64,000 nucleotides of DNA from an uncultured Spirochaetota bacterium (GTDB lineage Bacteria; Spirochaetota; Spirochaetia; SZUA-6; Fen-1364). Of this stretch, positions 10,382 to 19,381 are shown in pieces. Position 1 is the stretch's first letter. Each line of letters opens with the position of its first letter. The position numbers were made by a program, and so were the translations under genes. The notes beneath the pieces were generated by a model that worked only from the letters and a program-made list of their open reading frames with translations, was not told the DNA's origin and made no database searches. The DNA is taken from contig CAWGAA010000001.1 of the NCBI GenBank assembly GCA_963820525.1, forward strand, positions 640,001 through 704,000. Direction: 5' to 3'.

Positions 10382-11237
10382 TGGGCTCTCCCGTCCAGTG
10401 GAGCTTGCTTCGAAGCACCTCGTAGAACGTCCGTTTGTCAGATCTGATGATGAGCGCCTTGTTTTTTGACGGCGAGATGCAGACGCTGTCCTTGGGGGCA
10501 AGGGGGAATGTCTCGTGGCCGTCCACCGTGAGCACGATCTCGGCCTTCTGCGGCTGTTCCACCTCGATACGGAGCGCCTCGGAGGCCGGGACCACCGTCG
10601 GCCTGTTGGAGAGGCTGAAGGGACAGATGGGGGTGAGGATGAACGCCTCCATCTCCGGGTGAACGATGGGGCCTCCCGCCGCCATTGAGTAGGCCGTGGA
10701 ACCGGTCGGGGTGGCAACGATGACCCCGTCCGCCCTGTAGCCGCCGACGTAGGTGTCGGAGAGGAAGACCTTGAGGCGGATCATGCGCGACTTGCCCATG
10801 ATGGCGATCACGGCCTCGTTGAGGCCCTGGAAGGCGGCGGCCTCCCTCCCCTGCCTGCGCACCGAGACGGAGAGCATGAGCCGCTCGCTTATCCCCAGCT
10901 CGCCGCGGAGGAACTTCTCCAGCGTCGGCACCAGCTCGCTCTTGGAGACCTCGGTAATGAACCCGAAGTCCCCCATGTTCACGGCCAGGATGGGGATCTC
11001 CCTGTCCGCCAGGAGCCGGGCGCAGGCCAGGAGCGTGCCGTCGCCGCCAAGCGATACCGCCAGGTCCACCTCGGTGAGGCTTTCCCGCGGGATGGAGCCC
11101 GCGAAATCCACGGGAATCGTCTCCCCGCCCTCTCGATGAGTGAACTCCGTTATCGCCCGCACCACCGCCGCAACATCCGGCTTCTGCGAGTTTATGACAA
11201 TGAGAACCTTGCGGATTTTTCCCTGCTTGGCCGCCAT
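10374..11237 (-). CDS. nadK: NAD(+) kinase
   Basis: LGGDGT, LNE, DGVIVATPTGSTAYSMAAGGP; true start likely MAAKQGK at 11237. Confidence 0.93.
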   Translation of the reverse strand: MAAKQGKIRKVLIVINSQKPDVAAVVRAITEFTHREGGETIPVDFAGSIPRESLTEVDLAVSLGGDGTLLACARLLADREIPILAVNMGDFGFITEVSKSELVPTLEKFLRGELGISERLMLSVSVRRQGREAAAFQGLNEAVIAIMGKSRMIRLKVFLSDTYVGGYRADGVIVATPTGSTAYSMAAGGPIVHPEMEAFILTPICPFSLSNRPTVVPASEALRIEVEQPQKAEIVLTVDGHETFPLAPKDSVCISPSKNKALIIRSDKRTFYEVLRSKLHWTGEPNA

Positions 11238-11296
11238 TCGTGGAACAACTATAGTGGCGGAAAGAAATGTTGTAAAGTTGGATGCCCGCCGCGGCC

Positions 11297-12322
11297 TTAC
11301 GGTATCGTGGCAAGCACCTTCTGGACCGACTCCACTTCCCGGCGCCCCAGCATGGGGTACAGGGGGAACATGAGCACGCGCAGCATCAGAGAGCGCGCGT
11401 TGGGGCAGGGGAAATCGGCGGCATCGTCGCGCGACACGGCGGCCTCGGCAAAGGCCGGCTCCGTTTCCACGCCCTTCTTCATCGCGTACTGGCGCACGTC
11501 CTTCATCCCGTCGGCCAGGACCACGGGAAAGGCGCACAGCACGATCTCGGCCTCGCCCTTCTGGATCAGGGATTTGTGCCGCGACTTCATGAGGGACTGC
11601 ATGTAGGCGCCCTGGATCTCCCGGCGGGCGGTGATGAACCTGTCTATCCCGTGAGCCTGGGAGAGACCGAGGGCCGCGTTCATGTCGGCCAGAGGGGAAT
11701 ACAGCGGGGACTGCTCCGCTATGCGCTTGAGCTGGGCAGCGGCGCTGCGCGACCGTGCAAGGACCAGGGCGCCGCCGCCGCAGGTGATGATGTCCTCGGG
11801 GGCGAGGGAAAGGACGCACAGATCGCCCGAGCTTCCGCAGGGAGTCTCGCCCCACTTTCCCCCCAGGGCCTGGGAGCAATCCTCGACGATCGGGATGCCG
11901 AACACTTTCAGGGCTTCCACGTCGGCCAGGAGGCCCAGGGTATGGTGGGCCACGATCGCCTTGGGGCCGCGGCCCACGAGCTTCTCCACCTCCTTGGGAT
12001 CGATGAGGCCGGATTCCGGCTCCACGTCGGCCAGGAGCGGGACAAGGCCCCTGTCCCTGGCCACCCTCACCTGCAGGGCAGGACACAGGGCCGACAGCAC
12101 CACGGCATCCCCGGGGGCAAGGCCGAGTGATTCGAATGCGAGGGAGAGCGCGAGGTAGGGATGGGAAACCGACACGCCGCCCGAGGTTCCCAGCACTGCG
12201 GAGACCTTGGATACCAGCTCCCGCGAGATCTCCCCGGGCCCGATGCGATCCGATACGATACAGGAAAGCACGCTTCCCATATCCCTGCGTTTGACCGTGG
12301 GTCGAAAGATAGAAATCGCCAT
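11297..12322 (-). CDS. DegT/DnrJ/EryC1/StrS aminotransferase-like protein (catalytic Lys apparently absent)
   Basis: DegT fold motifs (PLLADVEP, HHTLG, IVEDCSQALG) but SLAPEDIITCGGG where SFxxxKxxxxGEGG is expected. Confidence 0.8.
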   Translation of the reverse strand: MAISIFRPTVKRRDMGSVLSCIVSDRIGPGEISRELVSKVSAVLGTSGGVSVSHPYLALSLAFESLGLAPGDAVVLSALCPALQVRVARDRGLVPLLADVEPESGLIDPKEVEKLVGRGPKAIVAHHTLGLLADVEALKVFGIPIVEDCSQALGGKWGETPCGSSGDLCVLSLAPEDIITCGGGALVLARSRSAAAQLKRIAEQSPLYSPLADMNAALGLSQAHGIDRFITARREIQGAYMQSLMKSRHKSLIQKGEAEIVLCAFPVVLADGMKDVRQYAMKKGVETEPAFAEAAVSRDDAADFPCPNARSLMLRVLMFPLYPMLGRREVESVQKVLATIP

Positions 12323-12344
12323 AGTGTCTCGAGGTGTCCGCTTT

Positions 12345-12821
12345 CTATACGAGCGCGCTCAGGCTCTGCAGCTCCCGCGGATTGAACAGGCGCCTGGTAT
12401 TGAGGATGACGAGGTAGCCGTCCTCACCGCTCACCACGCTCTGGATGTACTCCGAGCCGATGCCCGACATCATCTGGGGCGGGGGCTGCAGCTCGGAGGC
12501 ATTAATAGTGAGGACGCGAAGGATTTTGTCAATAACGATGCCCAGCTCCCTGGCGCTCACCGTGATGACCAGGATTCCTCCGGGGTCGCTCTCCTCGTCC
12601 TCGACGGGAAGGGGGGCGATCTGGAACCTCTGGTGCAGGTCAATGATGGGAATGATCCTCCCGCGCAGGTTCAGGAGGCCCTGCACCCAGGGGGGAGCGT
12701 TGGGGATGGGCCGAACCTCCTGGTTTCGCACGATCTCCTTCACCTCCATGATGTCGATCCCGTACTTCTCGTTTCCGATCTGGAAGGTGACGAGCTGCAG
12801 CTGATTGTCGATTTCTGCCAT
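12345..12821 (-). CDS. cheW: Chemotaxis coupling protein CheW
   Basis: QLVTFQIGNEKYGIDI, IPNAP..VQGLLNLRGRIIPIIDL, GIVID. Confidence 0.92.
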   Translation of the reverse strand: MAEIDNQLQLVTFQIGNEKYGIDIMEVKEIVRNQEVRPIPNAPPWVQGLLNLRGRIIPIIDLHQRFQIAPLPVEDEESDPGGILVITVSARELGIVIDKILRVLTINASELQPPPQMMSGIGSEYIQSVVSGEDGYLVILNTRRLFNPRELQSLSALV

Positions 12822-12832
12822 GGCGGACTCCC

Positions 12833-13498
12833 CTATTCCTCGAATCCCCCTTCTCCGATGAGGGGAACGAACCGGCACCCGATGCTCTCCCGCGTCTCGA
12901 TGCGGCTGCCTGTCCTTGTTACTATCACAAGAACCTGAGAAAATCGATAGTCCCCGACGGGGACCACCATGACGCCGTTGTCCGCCAGCTGCGCGGCCAG
13001 GGCCCCCGGCACGGCCGGTGCGGCGGCGGTCACGATGATGCGGTCGAAGGGAGCCTTCCCCGGGAGGCCCTCTCCGCCGTCTCCCAACACAAGGCGGATG
13101 TTTCCGTAGCCCAGCTCCTCCAGCGTACGCCGGGCGGATACAAAGAGCTCCGGCACCCGCTCTATCGTATATACCTGGGAGGCCAGTTCCGCAAGGATGG
13201 CGGTCTGGTAGCCGCTTCCCGTGCCTATCTCCAGCACCCTCTCGCGCCCCGACAGCCGGAGCGCCTCCGTCATGAACGCAACCATGTAGGGCTGGGAGAT
13301 CGTCTGGCCGTGGCCGAGGGAGACGGGAAAATCGCCGTAGGCCTCCCCCTTGTGCCCGGATGAAACGAAGAGGTGCCGCGGCACGCGGCGCATGGCATCC
13401 AGCACCCGCGCGTCCTTGATTCCCCGCGCCTCCAGCTGGAGCTTCACCATGCGCTCCGCGGCGTTGTGCTCCAGGTGACCGTCTTCCACGCTCCCCAC
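12833..13498 (-). CDS. pcm: Protein-L-isoaspartate O-methyltransferase
   Basis: VPRHLFV, GQTISQPYMV, VLEIGTGSGYQ, FDRIIVTAA, FVPL. Confidence 0.95.
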   Translation of the reverse strand: MGSVEDGHLEHNAAERMVKLQLEARGIKDARVLDAMRRVPRHLFVSSGHKGEAYGDFPVSLGHGQTISQPYMVAFMTEALRLSGRERVLEIGTGSGYQTAILAELASQVYTIERVPELFVSARRTLEELGYGNIRLVLGDGGEGLPGKAPFDRIIVTAAAPAVPGALAAQLADNGVMVVPVGDYRFSQVLVIVTRTGSRIETRESIGCRFVPLIGEGGFEE

Positions 13499-13511
13499 CG
13501 ATCCGCCGGGG

Positions 13512-14372
13512 CTAGAAAACTACCAGGACCGGGACCTCGCTTCGCCGGATGAGATGGGCAGCCGTCGGGCCGAGCAGGTAGTCCCTGATCTTGTGCTTTC
13601 CATGGGCGCCGATCATGATGATGTCGGCCTTCTCCCTCGCCGCCACCCGGGGGATCGTGTCGACGGGCTTTCCTTCCTCCAGGAGGAACCTGTAGTGTAT
13701 GCCATGGGTGCTGAGGTAGGACAGCTCGGTGTCGAAGGGGAAGCTTTCCTCCATTTCCTCGGCCACCGTCAGAACGACCACCTCTTCCCAGATCCCGCCC
13801 AGTGCGTTCACGCAGAACTGGAGGGCGCTTTCCGCCGCCGGGCTTCCGTCGTAGGGGAAGAGCATCCTGTGGGGGCTCGTGAAGGCCCTTGGGCACACGA
13901 GGACGGGCCGCGGCGAGCTGCGCACCACGTCTTCCGTGGTGGATCCCACGATCGCCCGGTCTATATGGGCGTTCTCCCCCTTCTGCCCGATCACCAGCAT
14001 GTCTCCCGAGCGGGCTTCCTCCGCCAGGACCGCGGACGGCAGCCCCTCGCGCAGCACCGCGGCGAGCTTGACCGTGCGCTCTTCGGCGTCCTTCCTGCAT
14101 TTCTCGAGGCAGTTCTCCGCGAAGGTGCGGATATCGCTCTTGACCTTGTCGTAGAACTCCTTCAGCTCGGGCTCGGGAGGGACATAGACACGCTCGAAGC
14201 CGTAGTCGAAGTGGCTGGCCGTGTAGATGATGGGGAGATCGGTCTTTCGGGAGTCGATTGCGAAAACTACCTTGATCTCCGCGCGTGTCCTCGCCGCAAG
14301 ATCGAGCGCGTACTGGTAGGCTGTCAGGGAGTACAGCGACCCGTCGATGCCCGCGACGATCTGGCCGATCAC
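13512..14372 (-). CDS. Tandem-domain universal stress protein
   Basis: Two Usp domains: GIDGS...IGQKG...GSTTEDVVRSSPRPV and YDGS...IGAHG...PVLVV. Confidence 0.88.
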   Translation of the reverse strand: MIGQIVAGIDGSLYSLTAYQYALDLAARTRAEIKVVFAIDSRKTDLPIIYTASHFDYGFERVYVPPEPELKEFYDKVKSDIRTFAENCLEKCRKDAEERTVKLAAVLREGLPSAVLAEEARSGDMLVIGQKGENAHIDRAIVGSTTEDVVRSSPRPVLVCPRAFTSPHRMLFPYDGSPAAESALQFCVNALGGIWEEVVVLTVAEEMEESFPFDTELSYLSTHGIHYRFLLEEGKPVDTIPRVAAREKADIIMIGAHGKHKIRDYLLGPTAAHLIRRSEVPVLVVF

Positions 14373-14578
14373 GTCCTGGCCCCTCCCTTCCCCTCCCCCG
14401 GATTGCTTTCTTGCAGTATCGAGTCCTTCGCGTGAAGCTTCGATACCTTATACTGCTTCAAGAGCAGCCGGATGGCATCGTTCACACCCTCGGTGCGGTT
14501 GGCGTAGTAGCCCTCCCGCACCATCTCGTCGATGCCCTCCATCAGCTCGGTCGACGTCTCCACGTATGTTTTGGACAC
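14369..14578 (-). CDS. Ribbon-helix-helix (CopG/Arc/MetJ) DNA-binding protein
   Basis: GTG start after GGAGGG RBS; ELMEGIDEMVREGYYANRTEGVNDAIRLLL is RHH-like; coupled to usp. Confidence 0.7.
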   Translation of the reverse strand: MSKTYVETSTELMEGIDEMVREGYYANRTEGVNDAIRLLLKQYKVSKLHAKDSILQESNPGEGKGGART

Positions 14579-14706
14579 GAAAGCACCCTCCCCTCTGTCG
14601 GTCTCAAGGAAAGATTCTACTCCGAGGAAGTGGTTTCCTGCAAGAAGAATAAGGCGGCAAGGGATTCCCGCCTCCTTGCGCGGTCGGGACCCGACGCTGC
14701 AAATAT

Positions 14707-14738
14707 AAAAAAATAGGGGATAGGTAACACCTATCCCC
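14707..14738 (-). terminator. Intrinsic terminator
   Basis: 10-bp stem GGGGATAGGT/ACCTATCCCC (14716-14738) followed by a T-run on the minus strand. Confidence 0.75.
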
Positions 14739-14807
14739 CTACGAGACAAAGGGGCAAGGAAAGGAGGTGAAACTTACCCCACTGAAATCACTGTTCAGCT
14801 ATGTCTC
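14707..14807 (-). ncRNA. Candidate ~100-nt sRNA with anti-Shine-Dalgarno loop
   Basis: Minus strand: closing stem GAGACA/TGTCTC, hairpin CTGAA/TTCAG, hairpin GGGGTAAG/CTTGCCCC with loop TTTCACCTCCTTTC, then terminator; TGtTTTAAT extended -10-like motif just upstream. Confidence 0.5.
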
Positions 14808-14849
14808 TGAAAATTAAAACACCGGTGTCACTGTATAGTTACAGACCTC

Positions 14850-15617
14850 CTAGTGAAGAAAGCTCTGCAGGGCGCCAAGGAAGGCCTCCGGCGCGCTCAC
14901 GTGCAGCCAGTGGTCCCCCTCGGGGATTCTTTGAACGATTGCCCGGGCAAAAGAGAGGCGGATTGCGGCCAGATCCTCCTCTTTCACGGACGAAGACCTG
15001 CCGCCGAGAAGGAACAGGGCCTCGCCTCCAAATGCGCCCTCTCCCAAGGGAAAATCCCCAAATATCCGCGCATTCTCCAATGCCCCGACATTCACCCGCC
15101 ACCGGTAGCCGGCGCCGGAGCGCACGGCATTGGTCAGGAGGAAAGCCCGTAGCCGCTGCTCGGGAATGAGCGGCGAGATGAGCGCGTCAAGCTCGGCCCG
15201 GGACCGGCAGGCGCTGATGTCGGTGTGAAGCGCCGCGAACTCCTGTTCGTGGTCCACGGGATAGGGCTTTGGCGCGATGTCCACGACGACCAGCCTCTCG
15301 GTGAGCTCGGGATGCCGGATCGCGAATCCCATAGCCACAAGCCCCCCCATTGAATGCCCGACAAGGGCAATCGGTGCGTGCCGGTGATCTTCCGCCCAGC
15401 GGCGCACATCGGATACGCAGTCGGCGAGGGTGTTCGACGGATCATGGGGAGAGTCGCCGTGATTGCGCAGGTCAAGGGCGTAGCAGTGCGCCAGGGAAGT
15501 CAGCCGCCGTCCCATTCCGACCCAGTTCTGGGAAGAGCCGAACAGGCCGTGGAGAATGACGAGAGGCCTGCCCTGGCCGCCAAAGTCCCGGAAGGCAAGC
15601 TCGAGGCCCCCGGTCAT
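14850..15617 (-). CDS. Alpha/beta hydrolase (YbfF-like esterase)
   Basis: LHGLFGS, DLRNHGDS, GHSMGG, VVDIAP, DHWLH. Confidence 0.88.
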   Translation of the reverse strand: MTGGLELAFRDFGGQGRPLVILHGLFGSSQNWVGMGRRLTSLAHCYALDLRNHGDSPHDPSNTLADCVSDVRRWAEDHRHAPIALVGHSMGGLVAMGFAIRHPELTERLVVVDIAPKPYPVDHEQEFAALHTDISACRSRAELDALISPLIPEQRLRAFLLTNAVRSGAGYRWRVNVGALENARIFGDFPLGEGAFGGEALFLLGGRSSSVKEEDLAAIRLSFARAIVQRIPEGDHWLHVSAPEAFLGALQSFLH

Positions 15618-15654
15618 GGCGACAACCGCGCCTTCACGGCGCCAGCCTTGCCTT

Positions 15655-16365
15655 CTATGGCGTAAGCCTTGCCTTCCATGGCGCCAGCCTTCCCCAGACG
15701 ACGGCGTCCCGCCCATGGCTTTCCCATTCGGCCTGCTCGAGCTCGACGGGAAGCGGGGAACCGCTCGCGGCCGGAAAGAGGGGGTATCCGTCCATATAGA
15801 ACGGCGCCACGGTGATGACGGCCTGGGCCGCGAAGCCCCCAGCCAGAAACGAAGAGAGCACTCCCGCCCCGCCCTCCACCATGACCGATCCGATTCCCTC
15901 GGCATCGAGGGCGGCGAGCACTTCGGCCAGGTCCAGCCCCGCGCCGGTCGCCTCGACGCGAAAGAGCCGGGCTCCGCGCCGGACGAGCTCGCTTCCTCCA
16001 TCTCCCGGCGCCTCGCTGTGGAAGATCCAGGGCTTCATGTCCTCCCGGCTCATGAGCCGCGAGGCCGCGGGGGTGCGCAGGCGCGAATCGAGGACAATGG
16101 GCCTCGGCTGAGGCCCCTCGGCAAACCGCACCGAGAGAAGGGGATCGTCGGCCAGCACCGTGCCGATCCCGACCAGGATTGCCGCATGGAGGCTGCGAAG
16201 GCGATGCGTGAGAGCGAGGGATTCGCTGGAGCTCAACGGGAATGGAGTGCCTCTTGCCCCGGATATCATCGCGTTGAGTGTCTGGGCCCAGCTCAGGGTG
16301 AGGACGGGGCGTCCCTTCCGCCCTCCCCGCCCTTCCAGCACGCCAATGACCCGCTCGACGATCAT
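15655..16365 (-). CDS. RibD C-terminal reductase-family protein
   Basis: AILVGIGTVLADDPLLSVR, PIVLDSRLR, VMVEGGA. Confidence 0.85.
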   Translation of the reverse strand: MIVERVIGVLEGRGGRKGRPVLTLSWAQTLNAMISGARGTPFPLSSSESLALTHRLRSLHAAILVGIGTVLADDPLLSVRFAEGPQPRPIVLDSRLRTPAASRLMSREDMKPWIFHSEAPGDGGSELVRRGARLFRVEATGAGLDLAEVLAALDAEGIGSVMVEGGAGVLSSFLAGGFAAQAVITVAPFYMDGYPLFPAASGSPLPVELEQAEWESHGRDAVVWGRLAPWKARLTP

Positions 16366-16485
16366 GCTCCCATGCTATCGGATGCGGCGCCGCGTGTAAA
16401 CGAATGCGTGCCGGGCCGACCCTTGACTTTTCCCGAGATTCAATATACAGTTTATCATATATAGATATCTACAAAGGAGATCTCC

Positions 16486-17148
16486 ATGGCCCTGATACAG
16501 GAAAAAGACGCGAAGATAGTAAAGGAGAGGCTGGCAAAGCTTTCCTCCCCCGTCACCCTGGCCGTCTTCACGCAGGAGTTCGAGTGCGACTATTGCCGTG
16601 AAACGCGCGAGCTTGCCGAGGAAGTGGCGGGCCTGGCCGGCGGCAAGGTGAAAGTCGAGGTCTACGATTTCCTCAAGGACAAGCCGAAAGCGGAAAGCCT
16701 CGCCATCGACAAGATTCCCGCCATCGCGGTCCTCTCCGACGGCGGCGAGGATCGGGGGATCCGCTTCTTCGGGATCCCCGCGGGATACGAGTTCGCTTCG
16801 CTTCTTGAAACCATTGAGATGATGTCGCGGGGCAGCTCCGGCCTTTCCCCGGCCTCCCGCGAGAAGCTGGCCTCTCTCAAGGACCCCCTCGCCCTCCAGG
16901 TATTCGTGACCCCCACCTGCCCCTACTGCCCCCGCGCGGTGGTGCTGGCGTTCAAGCTCGCCATGGAGTCGAAGCTCGTGACCGCCTCCATGGTGGAGGC
17001 CACCGAGTTCCCCCACCTCGCCAATAAGTACCAGGTCTCGGGGGTCCCGCATACGGTGATAGGAGAAAGCCCCCAGCCCATGATCGGGGCCTATCCCGAG
17101 GCAGCCGCGGTGGACTTCGTGCTTGCCTCTGTTCAGGGAGGAAAGTAG
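16486..17148 (+). CDS. Two-domain thioredoxin-fold protein disulfide oxidoreductase
   Basis: CDYC and CPYC motifs, GIPAGYEF, AAGGAGA RBS. Confidence 0.9.
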   Translation: MALIQEKDAKIVKERLAKLSSPVTLAVFTQEFECDYCRETRELAEEVAGLAGGKVKVEVYDFLKDKPKAESLAIDKIPAIAVLSDGGEDRGIRFFGIPAGYEFASLLETIEMMSRGSSGLSPASREKLASLKDPLALQVFVTPTCPYCPRAVVLAFKLAMESKLVTASMVEATEFPHLANKYQVSGVPHTVIGESPQPMIGAYPEAAAVDFVLASVQGGK

Positions 17149-17261
17149 AGCATCCCTCACGCGCCGAGCTTCCCCTGCGCCTGTGGACATCGCCAGGGGC
17201 CGATGGTATATAATTAAGCCATAGGATAATGCCTCGAGCTAATTCGGGGCGGGGGAACAGC

Positions 17262-18215
17262 GTGAAAAGAGTGCGCGAGTGGGCCGATCGGATCCGGGAA
17301 TCGACCGAGAGGGCCTTCTTCGGCAAGGGCGACGTGGTTGAAAAGCTGCTCATCGCCCTGCTGTGTCGCGGACACGTCCTGATCGAAGACGTGCCCGGCG
17401 TCGGAAAAACGATTGCAGCCCGGGCGATCGGCCAGAGCCTCGGCGGGAGCTTCAAGCGAATCCAGTGCACCCCCGACCTTCTGCCCGCTGACGTGCTGGG
17501 CGTCTCCGTCTACAGCCCCAAGACAGGCGAGTTCAGCTTCCGGGAAGGGCCCATCCTCTCCAACGTTCTGCTCGTCGACGAGATAAACCGGGCAACCCCC
17601 CGGACCCAGTCGGCGCTCCTGGAGGCGATGGCGGAGAATCAGATCAGCATCGACGGCAGGAGAATTCCCCTCCCGTCGCCCTTCTTCCTCATGGCCACTG
17701 AAAACCCGATCGAGTTCGAGGGGACGTTCCCACTCCCGGAGGCGCAGAAGGACCGGTTCCTCCTGGCCCTTGAGATCGGATATCCCGACAGGCGCTCCGA
17801 AGAGGAGATCCTGGAAAGCCAGCGCAGGATAACCCATCCCGTTTCGGACATCGATGCGGTCACGGACCTCGCGAGCGTGAGCGAGATGCAGGAAGCCGTG
17901 GTCGAGGTTCACGTGAGCGCGGCGGTGCGCGGCTATATCCTGGACATCTCCGAGGCCACGCGGCGGGAGCCGCGCCTGAAGCTGGGCCTCTCCCCCCGGG
18001 GCTCGCTCGCCTTATACAAGGGCGCCCAGGCGCTGGCCGCGATCCGCGGCCGCGATTACGTCGTGCCCGAGGACGTCAAGGAGCTGCTCTTGCCCGCCTG
18101 CATCAAGCGGATCATCGTCCGCCCCGAGTACGCCGTGAAGGGGATCGCCCCTGCCGATGTCCTGCGGGGGATCGCCGAGAGCGTGGAAGTGCCCCTGGTC
18201 AGAGCCGGATCGTGA
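17262..18215 (+). CDS. MoxR-family AAA+ ATPase
   Basis: EDVPGVGKT, RIQCTPDLLPAD, DEINRA, ATENPIE, FPLPEAQKDRF. Confidence 0.93.
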   Translation: MKRVREWADRIRESTERAFFGKGDVVEKLLIALLCRGHVLIEDVPGVGKTIAARAIGQSLGGSFKRIQCTPDLLPADVLGVSVYSPKTGEFSFREGPILSNVLLVDEINRATPRTQSALLEAMAENQISIDGRRIPLPSPFFLMATENPIEFEGTFPLPEAQKDRFLLALEIGYPDRRSEEEILESQRRITHPVSDIDAVTDLASVSEMQEAVVEVHVSAAVRGYILDISEATRREPRLKLGLSPRGSLALYKGAQALAAIRGRDYVVPEDVKELLLPACIKRIIVRPEYAVKGIAPADVLRGIAESVEVPLVRAGS

Positions 18216-19381
18216 GAGCGTTTAAGGCGATCTTCTCTCTCTTTCTCGTCGCTGTCCTGTTGTTCCTGCCCTATCGGATCCTGCAGTTCATCGCGCTCTT
18301 GTACCTGTTCACGGTCGCCGCCTCCTTCGCCTACTCCCGCATAACGGCGGGGGCGATCCGCGTGAGACGCCGCGATCCCGTGCTGCGTGCGCACAGGTTC
18401 GAGCCCATTGAAATCGTCCTCTCCATTGAGAATACCCGGCTCCTCCCCCTGCCCTACATTACCGCGATCGACCTGCGCGGCCCCCTCTTCTCCAAGGATT
18501 CGGGCAAGTTCGTCCTGCGCCTCCGCTCCCGGGAGAGGAAGCGGCTCGCGTATCGCATCGAAAGCCAGAGCAGGGGCGAGTATCCCATCGGGCCCGTCGT
18601 GGTCGTGGGCTCCGATCCCCTGGGCCTGTTCCCCTGGAGCCGCCGGGTTTCCGAAAAGGGACGCCTGATCATCTACCCCGAGGTTCTTCCCATCTCGCGC
18701 AGGTCGGCGAGAGGATTGCCCGCGGGCAGCCTCCCCATCAACTCGCGGATCTACGAGGATGTCACCCGCTACCGCTCCCTCCGCGAGTACGTGCCGGGAG
18801 ACGACGCGCGGCGTATCAGCTGGAAGGTCTCCGCGCGGACGGGACGGCTGCACTCGATGGAGTACCTGCCCGCCCTCTTCTCCCCCGTTCTGATACTGCT
18901 GAACATGAACGCCGAGGAGTTCCCCCTGCGGTTCCGCTCCCACTGGGTGGAGCGCTCCACCGTCACGGCCGCTTCTCTGGTCATGTATTTCATTTCGCTG
19001 AAGCAGGAGGTGGGCCTCGTCTCTTCGGGGCGGCTTTCACGGGGAGAGGCGGCGCCCATGGCGCGCATGAGCTCGGCTCCCGGTCACGCCACGGCGATCA
19101 TGGAGATCCTGGCGTGCATGGAGCCGTCCAGCCTCTCCATGGATTTCACCTCCCTGCTGGCCGCCTCGGGGCTCGACATCCCCGTCGGCACCCGCATCGA
19201 GGTCATCACTCCGCGGGTCACCCAGGAGCAGGGCGCGCTCCTGCGGGAGTCCCGGCGGAAGGGATGGCAGATCGAGCTCTTCCTTATCGGGGGGGAGCTT
19301 TTCGAGGGCAGGGAGCGGCTCTCCCGGGAGTTCCCGGTCTTCGGCGTCACGGATTACGGCAATGAGCTCATCGCTGGCTAG
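18212..19381 (+). CDS. DUF58 domain protein
   Basis: DPLGLF, IYP, LREYVPGDDARRISWKVSAR; follows MoxR. Confidence 0.88.
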   Translation: MRAFKAIFSLFLVAVLLFLPYRILQFIALLYLFTVAASFAYSRITAGAIRVRRRDPVLRAHRFEPIEIVLSIENTRLLPLPYITAIDLRGPLFSKDSGKFVLRLRSRERKRLAYRIESQSRGEYPIGPVVVVGSDPLGLFPWSRRVSEKGRLIIYPEVLPISRRSARGLPAGSLPINSRIYEDVTRYRSLREYVPGDDARRISWKVSARTGRLHSMEYLPALFSPVLILLNMNAEEFPLRFRSHWVERSTVTAASLVMYFISLKQEVGLVSSGRLSRGEAAPMARMSSAPGHATAIMEILACMEPSSLSMDFTSLLAASGLDIPVGTRIEVITPRVTQEQGALLRESRRKGWQIELFLIGGELFEGRERLSREFPVFGVTDYGNELIAG

